A stretch of DNA of 64,000 nt from the IMG/VR virus record IMGVR_UViG_3300037258_001214, positions 1-64,000 of that record; one strand, 5' to 3'. The stretch comes from a virus. Position 1 is the first letter of the stretch. Every line of letters starts with the position of its first letter. Shown piece by piece: positions 21,125-31,212 of this stretch. A program made the translations under genes and the position numbers. The notes below the pieces were generated by a model. The model had not been told where the DNA came from, did not search any database, and saw only the letters and a list, made by a program, of their open reading frames with translations.

Positions 21125-21538
21125 TCATGTCGGCGTTCCCGCCTGCTTGCGGGCGGTCCTGATGGCCAGCTCGCCCATGTCGGACACGAGCTTGACCGTC
21201 CGCCGGATCTCGCTGGCCGCGCCCGCGTACAGCCAGTGCGGCAGGGTCTTGCCCTCAGAGTCGGTGCCGGTGAAGATCAGCACCGGGCGGGGCGTCCCGG
21301 CAATGGGCACCGTGGCGGCCAGCACGACGACCTGCTGCATCAGCACCGTTCCCGCGCCGAAAAGATCGGCGCCCAGGATCGGCTCGTCCAGTTCCATCGT
21401 GGGCATGTCGAACCGCTGGCCCTGCGCGGCTACGGCGTCAAGGAACCGCTTGGCCGGGTCGCAGAGCCAGCGGGGCTCGTGGACCTGGTCGCAGTACCGG
21501 CACTCGGTGGCGCCCGCCGCATCGGCCTGGCCGCTCAT
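21125..21538 (-). CDS. Hypothetical protein
   Basis: Coupled to the Gp37/Gp68 stop. Confidence 0.55.
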   Translation of the reverse strand: MSGQADAAGATECRYCDQVHEPRWLCDPAKRFLDAVAAQGQRFDMPTMELDEPILGADLFGAGTVLMQQVVVLAATVPIAGTPRPVLIFTGTDSEGKTLPHWLYAGAASEIRRTVKLVSDMGELAIRTARKQAGTPT

Positions 21539-22410
21539 GCCGGTACCGGCTCAGCAGCACGCGGGAAGTCGCGGACCTTGAGGTCTTCCGGCCACGCCGA
21601 CCAGTCGCCGCCCTTGTCGCTGCTGCCGCTCTCGCGGGCCCACTGAGTGCCGAGCTGCTTAACGAAGACAGCTGTCGCCGTCTCGCGGCACCGGGCGATG
21701 AGGTCGCGCACCCACCCGAGCTCCAGCGGGCGCGAACCGGGCCCGCTTTCGCCGCCGATGATTGCCCAGTCGATCCCGGCCAGGTCCAGCGACGGGAGCG
21801 GACCCAGAAGCGGCTCCAGCGAGAGGAACCGGACGGCGGCATCGGTCGCGCGCAGCTCGTCAGCCCGGCGCGCGTACCGGTCCAGTTCAATCGACGTGCC
21901 GAGCCACACGTTCTGCAGCGGCCATGTCGCGTCGTACAGCGCCAGGGCGTCCGCCTCGCGGTGCAGTTCCTCCAGTAGCCGGCAGCCGCCGTCGATGCCC
22001 TCGCCGACGATGGCGCGGCCGCGCTCCGGGCGCTTGGTCAGGATCTGGTAGGTGTGCTGCGGCGTGCGGGCCATCGTCACCCAGACCTGGGCAATGAACT
22101 CCACCGGCACACGGGCGTGGAACAGGTCGCTCATCGAGTTGACGAACACTCGCCTGGGCTTGCGCCACTTCAGCGGGACGGTCAGCGCGGCCGGATGCAC
22201 GGTCAGGCCGAAGCCAGGCCCGGACGTCCTGGGATCGCCGTCGTTCTGGTACTTGGCCGACCCCATCCCCTTCAGCCGCTTGGCCATGGCCAGCGCGTAG
22301 CAGCCGCCCGTGTCGTCGCCCTCGAAGCGCGGCAGGCCGCAGCCAGGCGAGATCTTGTCGCAACCCGTCGTCGGGTTCCAGACCTCATCGGTCCACTGAA
22401 TGCCGGTCAT
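21535..22410 (-). CDS. Phage Gp37/Gp68 (DUF5131) radical-SAM-like protein
   Basis: WNPTTGCDKISPGC..CYA, FVNSMSDLFH, LTKRPER, SLEPLLG, GGESG. Confidence 0.92.
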   Translation of the reverse strand: MTGIQWTDEVWNPTTGCDKISPGCGLPRFEGDDTGGCYALAMAKRLKGMGSAKYQNDGDPRTSGPGFGLTVHPAALTVPLKWRKPRRVFVNSMSDLFHARVPVEFIAQVWVTMARTPQHTYQILTKRPERGRAIVGEGIDGGCRLLEELHREADALALYDATWPLQNVWLGTSIELDRYARRADELRATDAAVRFLSLEPLLGPLPSLDLAGIDWAIIGGESGPGSRPLELGWVRDLIARCRETATAVFVKQLGTQWARESGSSDKGGDWSAWPEDLKVRDFPRAAEPVPA

Positions 22411-23182
22411 ACCTCGGCCTCCGCATCCTGGGCGGCCCGTTCCCGTCCGGCCCGCACATCTGCGGCCAGCCGGGCGGCAGCCTGGATCCCGCCCAGTTCC
22501 GGCGAGACCTGGGCGTGCACGAGCTGGCCGGCAATCGTGACCGCGACGGCGAGGAAGCGGCTCACGCCGCGCCCCGTTCCGGGTCTGAGCCGTTCACGGC
22601 CGGGTCCTGCCCGGTCTCGGCCGGGGCGCCCGCAGGCGCCCGCCTCCGGTTCGTCCCGGACCCCGGAGGCTGCGGCGGGGCCGGGGGCTTGGGCCACGGG
22701 GACACGCGGCGGACCACGTACACCAGGGCTGCGGTGCTGGCGAGGCCGTTCACGCCGAGGGCGATGACGGCGATATCCAAGGTGCTCACGCTGATCCTCC
22801 GGTCTTGTCCTGGTCGGGGTCGTCTGCCTGCTTGCCCTGGGCGCGGCCCATGGCGTTCTCAAGGTCGTGCAGGGCGAGCTGGCGGGGCAGCACGCCAGGC
22901 CTGGGCCGCAGGGGCCATATCGCCCAGGTGATGACGAGGGCGCCCAGGACGGCGACGATGAGGCCGGGGAGCCATATCCCGTGGTTCACCGCCGCCTCCT
23001 TACCGGGACCGGAGGTGCCCCGCACGGGTCGAAAGCGGCATCAAGGGGGGCGCTGGTCTGCCAGGCGCCATCCGGGATCCGCTCGGGTTCGGGGGCAGGC
23101 GGCCGCGCTGGTCCCGGCCGCCACGCCTCGGACAGCGGCGGCGCGGGCAGCCTGCGGGGCCTGCCTGCGCTCAGGAACCGCC

Positions 23183-23545
23183 TCACAGGGTCACCTCCGG
23201 ACCGGGCCCCGGGCACTGGTGGCTCATCGCGGCCACCGCCTCGCGGACCACCTGCTCGGCGGCATAGGCGAAGATGTCGGCCACCATCGGGCCGATCAGG
23301 TCATCGGCCGCCTGCATGTCCTGGAGCCGGACCACGATCCCCGACATCATCTGCGAGGCGCACATCACGGCCCGGCCAGCGGCCACCGGGTCATCGCGGA
23401 ACTGCTCGGCGATCACCGCCGCCACTTCGGCAGCGGCGCCCACCAGGCCGGGGGACACGTCCCGGTGGTCCCGGATGTGCGCCAGCGCCTGGTCGGTCAT
23501 GGCGTCCAGCGCGGCCTTGGGCGGCGGGAAGGCGCGGGCGTTCAC
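23183..23545 (-). CDS. Hypothetical helical protein
   Basis: GTG start overlapping the HNH gene's stop. Confidence 0.5.
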   Translation of the reverse strand: MNARAFPPPKAALDAMTDQALAHIRDHRDVSPGLVGAAAEVAAVIAEQFRDDPVAAGRAVMCASQMMSGIVVRLQDMQAADDLIGPMVADIFAYAAEQVVREAVAAMSHQCPGPGPEVTL

Positions 23546-23932
23546 GCGGCACCGGTCCTGTCCGCGTCCCAGCTGTGAACCAGCAGGCCGATTGCGTACG
23601 CCCACCCGAGTTCGCTCTCCGGCCGGAACGTCACCTCGTCGTGGCACGGGCGGCACAGCGGGGCTTGGTTGTCCGGGTCGACGATCGACCCGCCGCGCGC
23701 CCTGGTGAGCGGTTCGTGGATGTCGTCGGCCCGCACGGCCGCAGCTGGGCCGTGCGCACATCGGGCGCTCGGGATACAGCTGGGCGATCATCGCAGCCCG
23801 TTCCCGGTTCTCCCGCTGCCGCTTCTTGCTGACCGGCCTGATCCATCCCCGCCGCCTCAGCTGCTTGTCAGGATCGCCCCTCAGCTGCTTTGCCGGGTCA
23901 CGGTGCAGGGTGCTGTTCCAGATGAGGCCCAT
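23542..23932 (-). pseudogene. HNH endonuclease with a +1 frameshift at ~23730
   Basis: CARPSCGRA joins ADDIHEPLTRARGGS...LCRPCH if one G is removed; probably a sequencing indel. Confidence 0.7.
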
Positions 23933-24525
23933 CAGGCACCGGCCATCACGCGGTCGAAGATGTCCCGGCCCATCCGCACGTCACCGAGCGCGGTGTGAGC
24001 CTCGCAGTCCTCCGGACGCAGCCCGACTATCCGGGCCGCGTCGGCAACCTTCAGCGGCCACGGCAGCGTCATGCCATGTGCGACGGCGTAGCCGCGCACC
24101 AGCGACCCCAGGTCGGTGTAGTGGTAGTCGGCGGTCAGGCACTCGCCGTTCGCCCGCAGGAACGCGTCCATATGGCCGGCGTCGAACTGCGGGTTGGCTG
24201 CAATCAGGTGAGCGCCGTCCAGGATCGCGGCGAGCTGCCCGGCCAGCTGCGGCGAGCCGAGATGCTCCGTCTCCTGGTCAGGGGACAGCGGGACGCGCAG
24301 GACCGACCCGGGGGCGTGAGCGCGGACCTTGCACCGCCGGTAGTAGCCGCCCACCGCGAGCGAGCCCGCATTCCCGCTAGGCACGTCCGGGCGGATGTGC
24401 CACAGGTTCTCCTCATCGCCGCTGTAGGCGGGGTTGCGCTCGATCAGGGCCAGTTCCCAGATGGTCGCGGGGCCCGGGTCGATGGAGATGGTCTCGCAAT
24501 CTGCGAAGACGATGCGCGCGGTCAC
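23932..24525 (-). CDS. DEDDh 3'-5' exonuclease (DnaQ-like)
   Basis: FADCET, NPQFD, HTALGD. Confidence 0.85.
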   Translation of the reverse strand: MTARIVFADCETISIDPGPATIWELALIERNPAYSGDEENLWHIRPDVPSGNAGSLAVGGYYRRCKVRAHAPGSVLRVPLSPDQETEHLGSPQLAGQLAAILDGAHLIAANPQFDAGHMDAFLRANGECLTADYHYTDLGSLVRGYAVAHGMTLPWPLKVADAARIVGLRPEDCEAHTALGDVRMGRDIFDRVMAGA

Positions 24526-26693
24526 CGGTTACCTCCGGGCAGGAAGTCGTCAACCCACGCGGCGGCAGCCCGGTCCAGCGTCAGCCTGGCGCGGGTGAAC
24601 GCGACGTACAGCAGCATCGCCAGTTCGTCGGGCATCTCCGGGTCAGGCCGGTCCGGGGTGCGGCGAGGCGGCCGGAAATCCTCGATCCGCACCGAGTCCC
24701 ATTCGCGGCCCTTTACCTTGTGGGCGGTGCCGACGACCACACCGGCGTGCTTCTCGTCAGCTAGCGCGTCAGTCGCGGCGATGATCTTCTCGGGCCCGTG
24801 CTCGTCGATCAGGCTGACCAGGACCCTGAGGTCCGCGCCGGCGGCGTCGTTCTCCGCGTGGTCCTGCACCTCACCCCACGTCCTGAACGTGAACAGCTCG
24901 GGGTGGCTCGTCGGCCGGCCAGCCCGCAGGTCATCGGCGGCCTCGGCCAGCGCGCGGATCGCTTTCCCGCCGCCGAGCAGCGCGACCTTGCGGCCTTGGT
25001 CCATCGCGCGCATCGCGCAGCCCATCGCGCCGGCGTTCGTCCGGCACAAGATCGCGTCGGGGTTGTCGCAGCTCCGGACCGTGGACGAAATCCGGTCAAG
25101 ACCACGCAGCCGCAAGCGCGCACCGAGGATCGTCAGTACCTTGTTGGCCTCGCCGGCGATGGCGGACCCGAACCGGAACGACTGCTCAAGTGAGAACGTG
25201 GCGGCGGCAGGGAACTTGTCCATGGCGTCGATCGCGCCGGCCCACGCGTTGATGGCCTGGCACCTGTCGCCGACAGCCACCACCTGCAGGTCGCGCTGCT
25301 TCAGCAGGACGCCGAGGTTAACTTCGGGGGTGTCCTGCGCCTCGTCGTAGAACACGAAGTCTCCGGGCAGCACCGGGTCGCCGAGGGCCCAGATCTTGCG
25401 GTAGTGGTCATGGTCGAACTTGAGCCGGCCGTCACGGGCCGACAGGTCGGCCCAGGCGCGGCGGGCCAGCGGCACGATGACCTGCGCGAGCTCCGAACGG
25501 GCCGCCGGGTCTTCGAGTCCGTTGACCTTCGCGACGTGCCGGGCCGCTACCTCCTCGTCGGCCGACCGGCAGTACCGCTCGACTGCGGCCATGGCCAGGC
25601 GGGCCAGCTGGGTCGGCGCGAGCATCACGTCGCCGACCTTGACCGGGCTGCTGGCCCGCAAGATGAAAGCCTGCTCGCGGGCGGGGATGCGGGGGCCGTT
25701 CAGCCGGTGCGCGTAGTCGCGGCCGACCGCGGCCATGGCCACCGAGTGGATTGTCGAGCAGTCCGTGTTCGGCGGGAACTTCCGGCGCGCCTCCGCGGCG
25801 ACCGCGGCGTTGAAGCACAGGTAGCTTCCCGACCTGCCCGGGACGGCTTGGGCGGCCATGATCAGCAGGCTGGTCTTCCCGGTGCCCGCGCCCGCTTCCA
25901 CCACGACCGACGGGACCCCGGAGGCGAATGCCTCGATCGCCGGGGCCTGCTCGCCGGTCGGCGTGAGGTCGCCCTTGCGGGCGCGCGGAGTCTCGTGCGG
26001 TACCGGAGGTAGTGCAGAGGCCTCTTTGCGTTCGTCGGCCGCGGGCACGGAGGCCGGCCCGGCATCGGCCTGCGGCGCGGGCGCCGGGACGATCCGGCCG
26101 TCCTCGGTGACCTGCCCCGCCGCGATCGCCGCCGCGATCTGATGCGCAGCCTGCTTACCCGGCTTGTACTGGCACCGGCCGGTCGCATCATGACGGGTGA
26201 TGGTGGCGACCGTTTCCCGGTCCCCCGTGTTGTGGTCGGCGACGGTGCCGCCGCGTTCCCTGAGCTCGGTCTCGAACGCGGCGCGCACGCCGAGCTCGAT
26301 CCGGCGGCCGACCAACTCAGGCAGGAAGTCGGCCAGCAGCTTGAGCGCGCGCGGGTCGTGCAGCGCGGCCGGGAGCACGTACTCCTCGAGTTCGTCGGGC
26401 CGGGCGCACAGGATCAGTTCCTCCTCGCGGGTGCAGACCTCTATCTCGCCCGCGTAGATGGAGAGGGTGCCGACCTCGGTGCCGTCGGGGAGCACGACGC
26501 CGGTTGTCTTCATGCCCCGGTTCCGGGCCGCGGCGAAGTCGGGTTGCGCACCCTGGCGGGCGGCCTCGGCTGCCGTCTTTGCCTTGGCGGCGTGGTACTC
26601 CCGGACCGCGATCCTGACCGCGTGGGCCTGGGCGGCGATGGCCAGCTCGTCGTTGGCGGGGAGGGCCGGCGCTTCGGCCTGCGTGCCGGTCAT
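24522..26693 (-). CDS. UvrD-like SF1 helicase with an extra ~200-aa N-terminal domain
   Basis: AGAGTGKT, DEAQD, VGDRCQAI, SFRF, LCRTN, TAHKVKGREW, YVAFTRAR. Confidence 0.9.
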   Translation of the reverse strand: MTGTQAEAPALPANDELAIAAQAHAVRIAVREYHAAKAKTAAEAARQGAQPDFAAARNRGMKTTGVVLPDGTEVGTLSIYAGEIEVCTREEELILCARPDELEEYVLPAALHDPRALKLLADFLPELVGRRIELGVRAAFETELRERGGTVADHNTGDRETVATITRHDATGRCQYKPGKQAAHQIAAAIAAGQVTEDGRIVPAPAPQADAGPASVPAADERKEASALPPVPHETPRARKGDLTPTGEQAPAIEAFASGVPSVVVEAGAGTGKTSLLIMAAQAVPGRSGSYLCFNAAVAAEARRKFPPNTDCSTIHSVAMAAVGRDYAHRLNGPRIPAREQAFILRASSPVKVGDVMLAPTQLARLAMAAVERYCRSADEEVAARHVAKVNGLEDPAARSELAQVIVPLARRAWADLSARDGRLKFDHDHYRKIWALGDPVLPGDFVFYDEAQDTPEVNLGVLLKQRDLQVVAVGDRCQAINAWAGAIDAMDKFPAAATFSLEQSFRFGSAIAGEANKVLTILGARLRLRGLDRISSTVRSCDNPDAILCRTNAGAMGCAMRAMDQGRKVALLGGGKAIRALAEAADDLRAGRPTSHPELFTFRTWGEVQDHAENDAAGADLRVLVSLIDEHGPEKIIAATDALADEKHAGVVVGTAHKVKGREWDSVRIEDFRPPRRTPDRPDPEMPDELAMLLYVAFTRARLTLDRAAAAWVDDFLPGGNR

Positions 26694-27682
26694 GCCGCCG
26701 TGGCCTTTGCTGCCTGGTCCTGCGAGAGGGCACGCCGCCGCTCGACGATCTCCTGGTTCAGCTGCGACCCCTGCTCCGGGGTGATGGCCCGGTCGGCCAC
26801 GGCCCGGCCGATCCGGCCGCGCATCGGCGGCAGCTGCTCGTCGGCCGCCTTGGCCAGCTCGGCCCGGAACGCCGCGATCCACGCCTGAGCCGGATCGTCG
26901 TCGGCCGGGGCGGCAGCCTCGCTGCCGGCCTCCGCGCGGACCCGGGTTTCCTTCTGGCGGATCCAGTACAGGACCTGGGTCGTGCGCTGAGCGGTTATCT
27001 CCCCGCGGTTATAGTCGTCCTTGAGGGTGACGACGGCGTGCTCGCAGTCCGCGAGGGTCTTTATGTCCGCGATCAATTGAGCCCAGGTGTCGTCGTCATC
27101 TAGCGGCTCCTGCGGCGGGATCTCCCGCCGCTGAGACTGCTCAGGCCGGTCCTGGTCCTGGCGGCCGTTCCTCGGCGCCGCGGGAGCGGCGTTGTCGAAG
27201 TCGTCGCCGCTCCGGCGGCCCGCCGTCGGGCGCTCGTAGCTCTGGGAGTCCGGGTCCGGGTCGCTGGTGGGCAGGTTCAGCGTCTGCAGGAGGCAGATCC
27301 TGTAGGCGACCGACATGGCCTTGGGGGTGGCCTTGTCCCCGGAGTCCATGGCCTCACCGGGCACCTTGGCGTCGAAGTAATCCCCGAGCGGCCCGTAGAA
27401 CCGGTAGCTGACCTCGACCTGCACATGCCCCATCAGGGAGCGCTTCTGGCCGATCTCGACGCCCTCTTTGTACTCGTACCTCTCCAGCATCGGGACCGGG
27501 ATGATGCCCAGCTCGTCGAACGCCTTGGCGATCGCGTTGACTACCGCGTCGATTCCGCGGTAGTTGAAATGCTGCTGCGTGTTCGTGCTGTCCTTGCCGA
27601 CCGGCCCGACCATGCGCTTGGCTTCGGCGAACAGCTCGAAGATCGTGCGCGCGGCCACGGGCGGCGCTTCGGTCACGGTCAC
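26690..27682 (-). CDS. ERF-family ssDNA annealing recombinase
   Basis: FNYRGIDAVVN...GEAMDSGDKATPKAMSVAYR. Confidence 0.88.
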   Translation of the reverse strand: MTVTEAPPVAARTIFELFAEAKRMVGPVGKDSTNTQQHFNYRGIDAVVNAIAKAFDELGIIPVPMLERYEYKEGVEIGQKRSLMGHVQVEVSYRFYGPLGDYFDAKVPGEAMDSGDKATPKAMSVAYRICLLQTLNLPTSDPDPDSQSYERPTAGRRSGDDFDNAAPAAPRNGRQDQDRPEQSQRREIPPQEPLDDDDTWAQLIADIKTLADCEHAVVTLKDDYNRGEITAQRTTQVLYWIRQKETRVRAEAGSEAAAPADDDPAQAWIAAFRAELAKAADEQLPPMRGRIGRAVADRAITPEQGSQLNQEIVERRRALSQDQAAKATAA

Positions 27683-28926
27683 AGGACCCCGCCGTTCACC
27701 GCTGCGGGCACCGGGACGGATCCCCGGTGCACCAGCTCGTCCCTGGCCTCCTGAGCGACCGCGATCAGCCGGTCCAGGTAGGCCACGTCCGCGTCGATAG
27801 CGAACTGCCCCTCGCTGTCGGCCTCGCCCAGGTAGATCCCTGCGATCCCGCCGGAGTCCCGGTATCCGGCGACCGACGGGGCGCCCCACAGGGCGACGGG
27901 CAGGACCCGTCCGTCGTGCTGGAAGGAGCGCATCCAGGCGGCGGGGCTGGGGTCCGGGCGGGTGATCACGGCGAGAGGCGCCGGCCCGCCGGGGAGGGAC
28001 TTCCGCAGGCCGTCCAGGACCCTGGCCAGGACATCGGGCGCCGGCGGGACGCCCCCGGCCGGCATCGGCGGGACGTGGGCGATCTCGGCGTTGATCCCCT
28101 TGACCAGTTCGGCCGCGTTGCCGGTGATCTCGGGCCTCGGGGCGGCGGCCTCCAGCGGGGTACCGCCCGGCTCATGCGGCGCGTACGGGGCCGAGAGGTC
28201 CGCGTGGCAGTTGATCTCGCCGAACTGGCCGTCCTCGGTGACGGTCCAGATGCCGCCGAGCATCGAGATCACGAGGTGGCACTTGCGGCAGGCGTCCGTC
28301 TGGCCTTCCGCTGGCGCGCCGGTGACGACGGCCTGCGCGGACCGGACGGCGGCGATGGTGTGGCGGCCGGACTCGGCGGCGCGGCGCTTGCGGAGGGGCA
28401 AGAGGCTCATTTAGGCCACCGCCTTCGCGGCCTCGTCGGCGGCCACGGCCGGGCGGGGAGCAAGCAGGCTGCCGCAGTCCCATTCGACGATCTCGACGGG
28501 CCTGGTGACCTTCTTCGTCACGGCCGGAGTGACGACCTCCTCGACTTCCCGCTCCTCGGTGCCGACCACGACCCGCTTGCACACGGCCCCGCGAGGGGCG
28601 GTCAGCTCCACCCGCAGGGCGCCCAGCGTTCCCAGGAGGTCGAAGTACTCGCCGGCGACGCCGCTAACGCGTTTCTCCCAGTTGCAAGGGAACGCCCGGG
28701 CCGCAGCGGCCATCGCCCCGCGGATGATCTCGTCCTTGCCGAAGAACATCATCGTGAGGGTGCTGCTGTGGCCCTGGATCGGCAGGGGGATGTTCTCGTT
28801 CTGCTCCAGGACCGAGGCGAGGACCCGCAGGCCGTCGATGTACCGCTCGCGCTCGGTCAAGGGCCGGGGCGTCTGGTCCGTGCCGTTGCGGGCGTCTTCC
28901 TCCGCCGGGGTCAGTACGGTCATCAT
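27679..28926 (-). CDS. Two hypothetical proteins (27679-28410, 28411-28926), first genes after cro
   Basis: Abutting ORFs; strong RBS AAAAGGGAG before 28926. Confidence 0.6.
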
Positions 28927-29003
28927 GCGTGCTCCCTTTTGTTAGGCTGTGACTCACGTGCTCCGCTCTGGCCGCCGCTTAGGACCGGCGGCCAGACGCA
29001 TGT

Positions 29004-29354
29004 TCAGGCGACTTTGCGCCGCTTCGGCCGTTCTCCCGCTGACGCGGGATCCCCCTCGCTGAGCAGGCTGGCCACGGCCTTCCCGACCGCTGCCGGGTTG
29101 ACGATCCGGGCCACCGGGCATCCCAGGGCGTCGGCGACCCGCTTGAGGGTCTCCGAGGTGAGGCTGGAGACGCCCTTCTCTGCCAGGCACATGTGGGACA
29201 GGGAGATCCCGGACTCCTCCGCGAGCTGCTTGGGGGTCAGGCCGCGCTCCATGCGGAGGGCGATGATCGCCGCGGGGTTCTGCAGGGCCGGCTTGCTGCC
29301 GGCCTTGCGGCCCCGGTTCGGCTTGGCTGGCGTCTCGGTCACGGTCCCGACCAT
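29004..29354 (-). CDS. Cro-like XRE regulator
   Basis: LRMERGLTPKQLAEESGISLSHMCLAEKG; heads the early arm, divergent from the repressor. Confidence 0.8.
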   Translation of the reverse strand: MVGTVTETPAKPNRGRKAGSKPALQNPAAIIALRMERGLTPKQLAEESGISLSHMCLAEKGVSSLTSETLKRVADALGCPVARIVNPAAVGKAVASLLSEGDPASAGERPKRRKVA

Positions 29355-29460
29355 AGCGCACACTGTGACACACTGCAAAAGAGTGCGCGCACTGTTACCC
29401 AAGCTTTACCAGGACGCGGGAGTGTGCTGTACTGTGCGCGACTGAATGAGAGGAACCCCG
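29355..29460. promoter_or_regulatory. Lysis/lysogeny switch intergenic region
   Basis: AT-richer spacer between divergent XRE genes, with repeated (C)ACTG units. Confidence 0.6.
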
Positions 29461-30063
29461 ATGGCCGAGTTTCCCGGCCGGCCTGCCGAGGCGCGGCTGC
29501 TCCTGCGCAAGCGCACCGCCCGCAAGCTCACCCCCGCCCAGGCGGCAGCGCTGGCCGGAGTCTCCCTCTCCACCTACCGCCAGATCGAGAACGGCTACCA
29601 CATCCCTGCCAAGGGCGTCGTGGTCCCGAAGATCGCCCCGGCCGAGACGCTGGCCCAGATGCTCCGCGGATTCGGCGGCACCCCCCGCGAGCTCATCGAC
29701 GCGGGGCGCCCGGACGCGGCGGAAATACTCGAGGGGATCCTGGCCGAGGAGGCAGCCGCGCCCGCCGTAGAGGCGGCGCACCCCGAGGCTGCTGATGCCC
29801 GGACGGCGCGCGCCCGGGCGGTGGCGGCCGGGATCCTGCGCCGCTTCGAGGCCCTTCCGTCCGGCATCGCGCCGGACCAGGCCGGGGCGGTCCTGTTCGA
29901 TGACCGCCGCCTGGCTGCCGCGTGGGACGCGGGCTGGACGGCGAGCCGGGCGGATCTCACCGAGCGGCCGGAACGGGTCGCCTGGGCAGTCGCGGTGATC
30001 CAGGTGCGCCTGGAGGCGGCCGAGCCGGGTTCGCGCGAGGCCTTAGCCGCGCCCCAGGCGTAA
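29461..30063 (+). CDS. Probable immunity repressor (XRE); TTA at codon 195 of 200
   Basis: LTPAQAAALAGVSLSTYRQIENG HTH; TTA at 30043-30045. Confidence 0.75.
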   Translation: MAEFPGRPAEARLLLRKRTARKLTPAQAAALAGVSLSTYRQIENGYHIPAKGVVVPKIAPAETLAQMLRGFGGTPRELIDAGRPDAAEILEGILAEEAAAPAVEAAHPEAADARTARARAVAAGILRRFEALPSGIAPDQAGAVLFDDRRLAAAWDAGWTASRADLTERPERVAWAVAVIQVRLEAAEPGSREALAAPQA

Positions 30064-30240
30064 TGTCCGGATGTAACCAATTGGTAACGTTACGTCCATT
30101 CGATCTTGCGCCGCAATGTGCGCAAGAGATAGGAAAGTTGACGCCCGGGGCCTGCGGGCAGCAAGAAACAAGCCGATCCCGGCGCGGGAGGGAAGAAACA
30201 GGAGCGCCGGGAACGGCCAACAGGGAGGGGACCCCCAGCT

Positions 30241-31212
30241 ATGCAGCAGACCGCGCGGTCCGCCGCGCTCCCGGCACCGCCGGACCCGGCAGGACTGGAA
30301 GACCTGTGCGCCCGGCACGCCACGCTGTGCGAGGACGCCGGCCGGAATGCGCTCGGCGATGACGGCTGGGGCGAGATGGCCGACAATGTCGCCGAGATCG
30401 CCGGCCGTGCCCGCCTGCTGGATCTCGCATGGACGCTGCGCGCCGCCGAGCTCGCCGCCGCCCGGGCGGAAGGATTCGAGACCGGCCGCGTCTCTGCCGC
30501 CGCGGGTCGCCACCGCCGCGGCCAGGGCCAGTTCTGGCCCCGCGCGGTGCCGGCCGTCATCCCCGCCGCCGCCCTGGGCACCCTTCACCACGGGACCAGG
30601 ACCAAGCTGCTCGCCGCCGCGGCCGCCCTGGGTGCCGTCACCGCCGCCGGGACCGCGGGCTTCGTCACCCTGCCGGACGTCACCGCTCATGCCGCGCACC
30701 GCCATCCGGCCGCCGTAGCTTCGCTGGCGCCCGTCAGCGCCATCCGGATCCAGCCGGGTCCCGCGCCGTCGTACCAGTCCAGGCACGGCCGTACCGACGC
30801 CGCCGGATCGCGGCTGATCGCCCGGCCAGCGGCATCGGCGCCGCCCCCGTCATCGCCGCCCCCGTCGTCCGCAGCTCCGGCACAGGGCACCCTGGACGTG
30901 ACCCAGGAGAGCATCACCCCGGGCCGAGACGGGACGGCGCGGATCGACCTGACCGCCGTCGGCGGTGACGTGAGCTGGTCGGCCGCGGTGCCCGCCGGGG
31001 TGACGCTATCCAGCCACGGCGGGACGCTCGGGGCCGGCCAGGTGCTGGAGGTCACCTTGACCGCAGCACCGGGCACCGAACCCGGCGTGATCACGCTGAC
31101 GGACCTGGGGGAAGCGCCGGTCACCGTGGCCCTGGAAGCCGCTGCGCCGGCCGTGGCGGCGGGGCAGCATCAGGGGCCGAGGCTCAAGCCCGGCAGGCAC
31201 CGCAGGCGCTGA
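30241..31212 (+). CDS. Membrane-anchored protein with Pro/Ser linker and C-terminal beta-sandwich-like domain
   Basis: Hydrophobic LLAAAAALGAVTAAG segment, PPPSSPPPSS linker, beta-rich tail. Confidence 0.55.
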   Translation: MQQTARSAALPAPPDPAGLEDLCARHATLCEDAGRNALGDDGWGEMADNVAEIAGRARLLDLAWTLRAAELAAARAEGFETGRVSAAAGRHRRGQGQFWPRAVPAVIPAAALGTLHHGTRTKLLAAAAALGAVTAAGTAGFVTLPDVTAHAAHRHPAAVASLAPVSAIRIQPGPAPSYQSRHGRTDAAGSRLIARPAASAPPPSSPPPSSAAPAQGTLDVTQESITPGRDGTARIDLTAVGGDVSWSAAVPAGVTLSSHGGTLGAGQVLEVTLTAAPGTEPGVITLTDLGEAPVTVALEAAAPAVAAGQHQGPRLKPGRHRRR

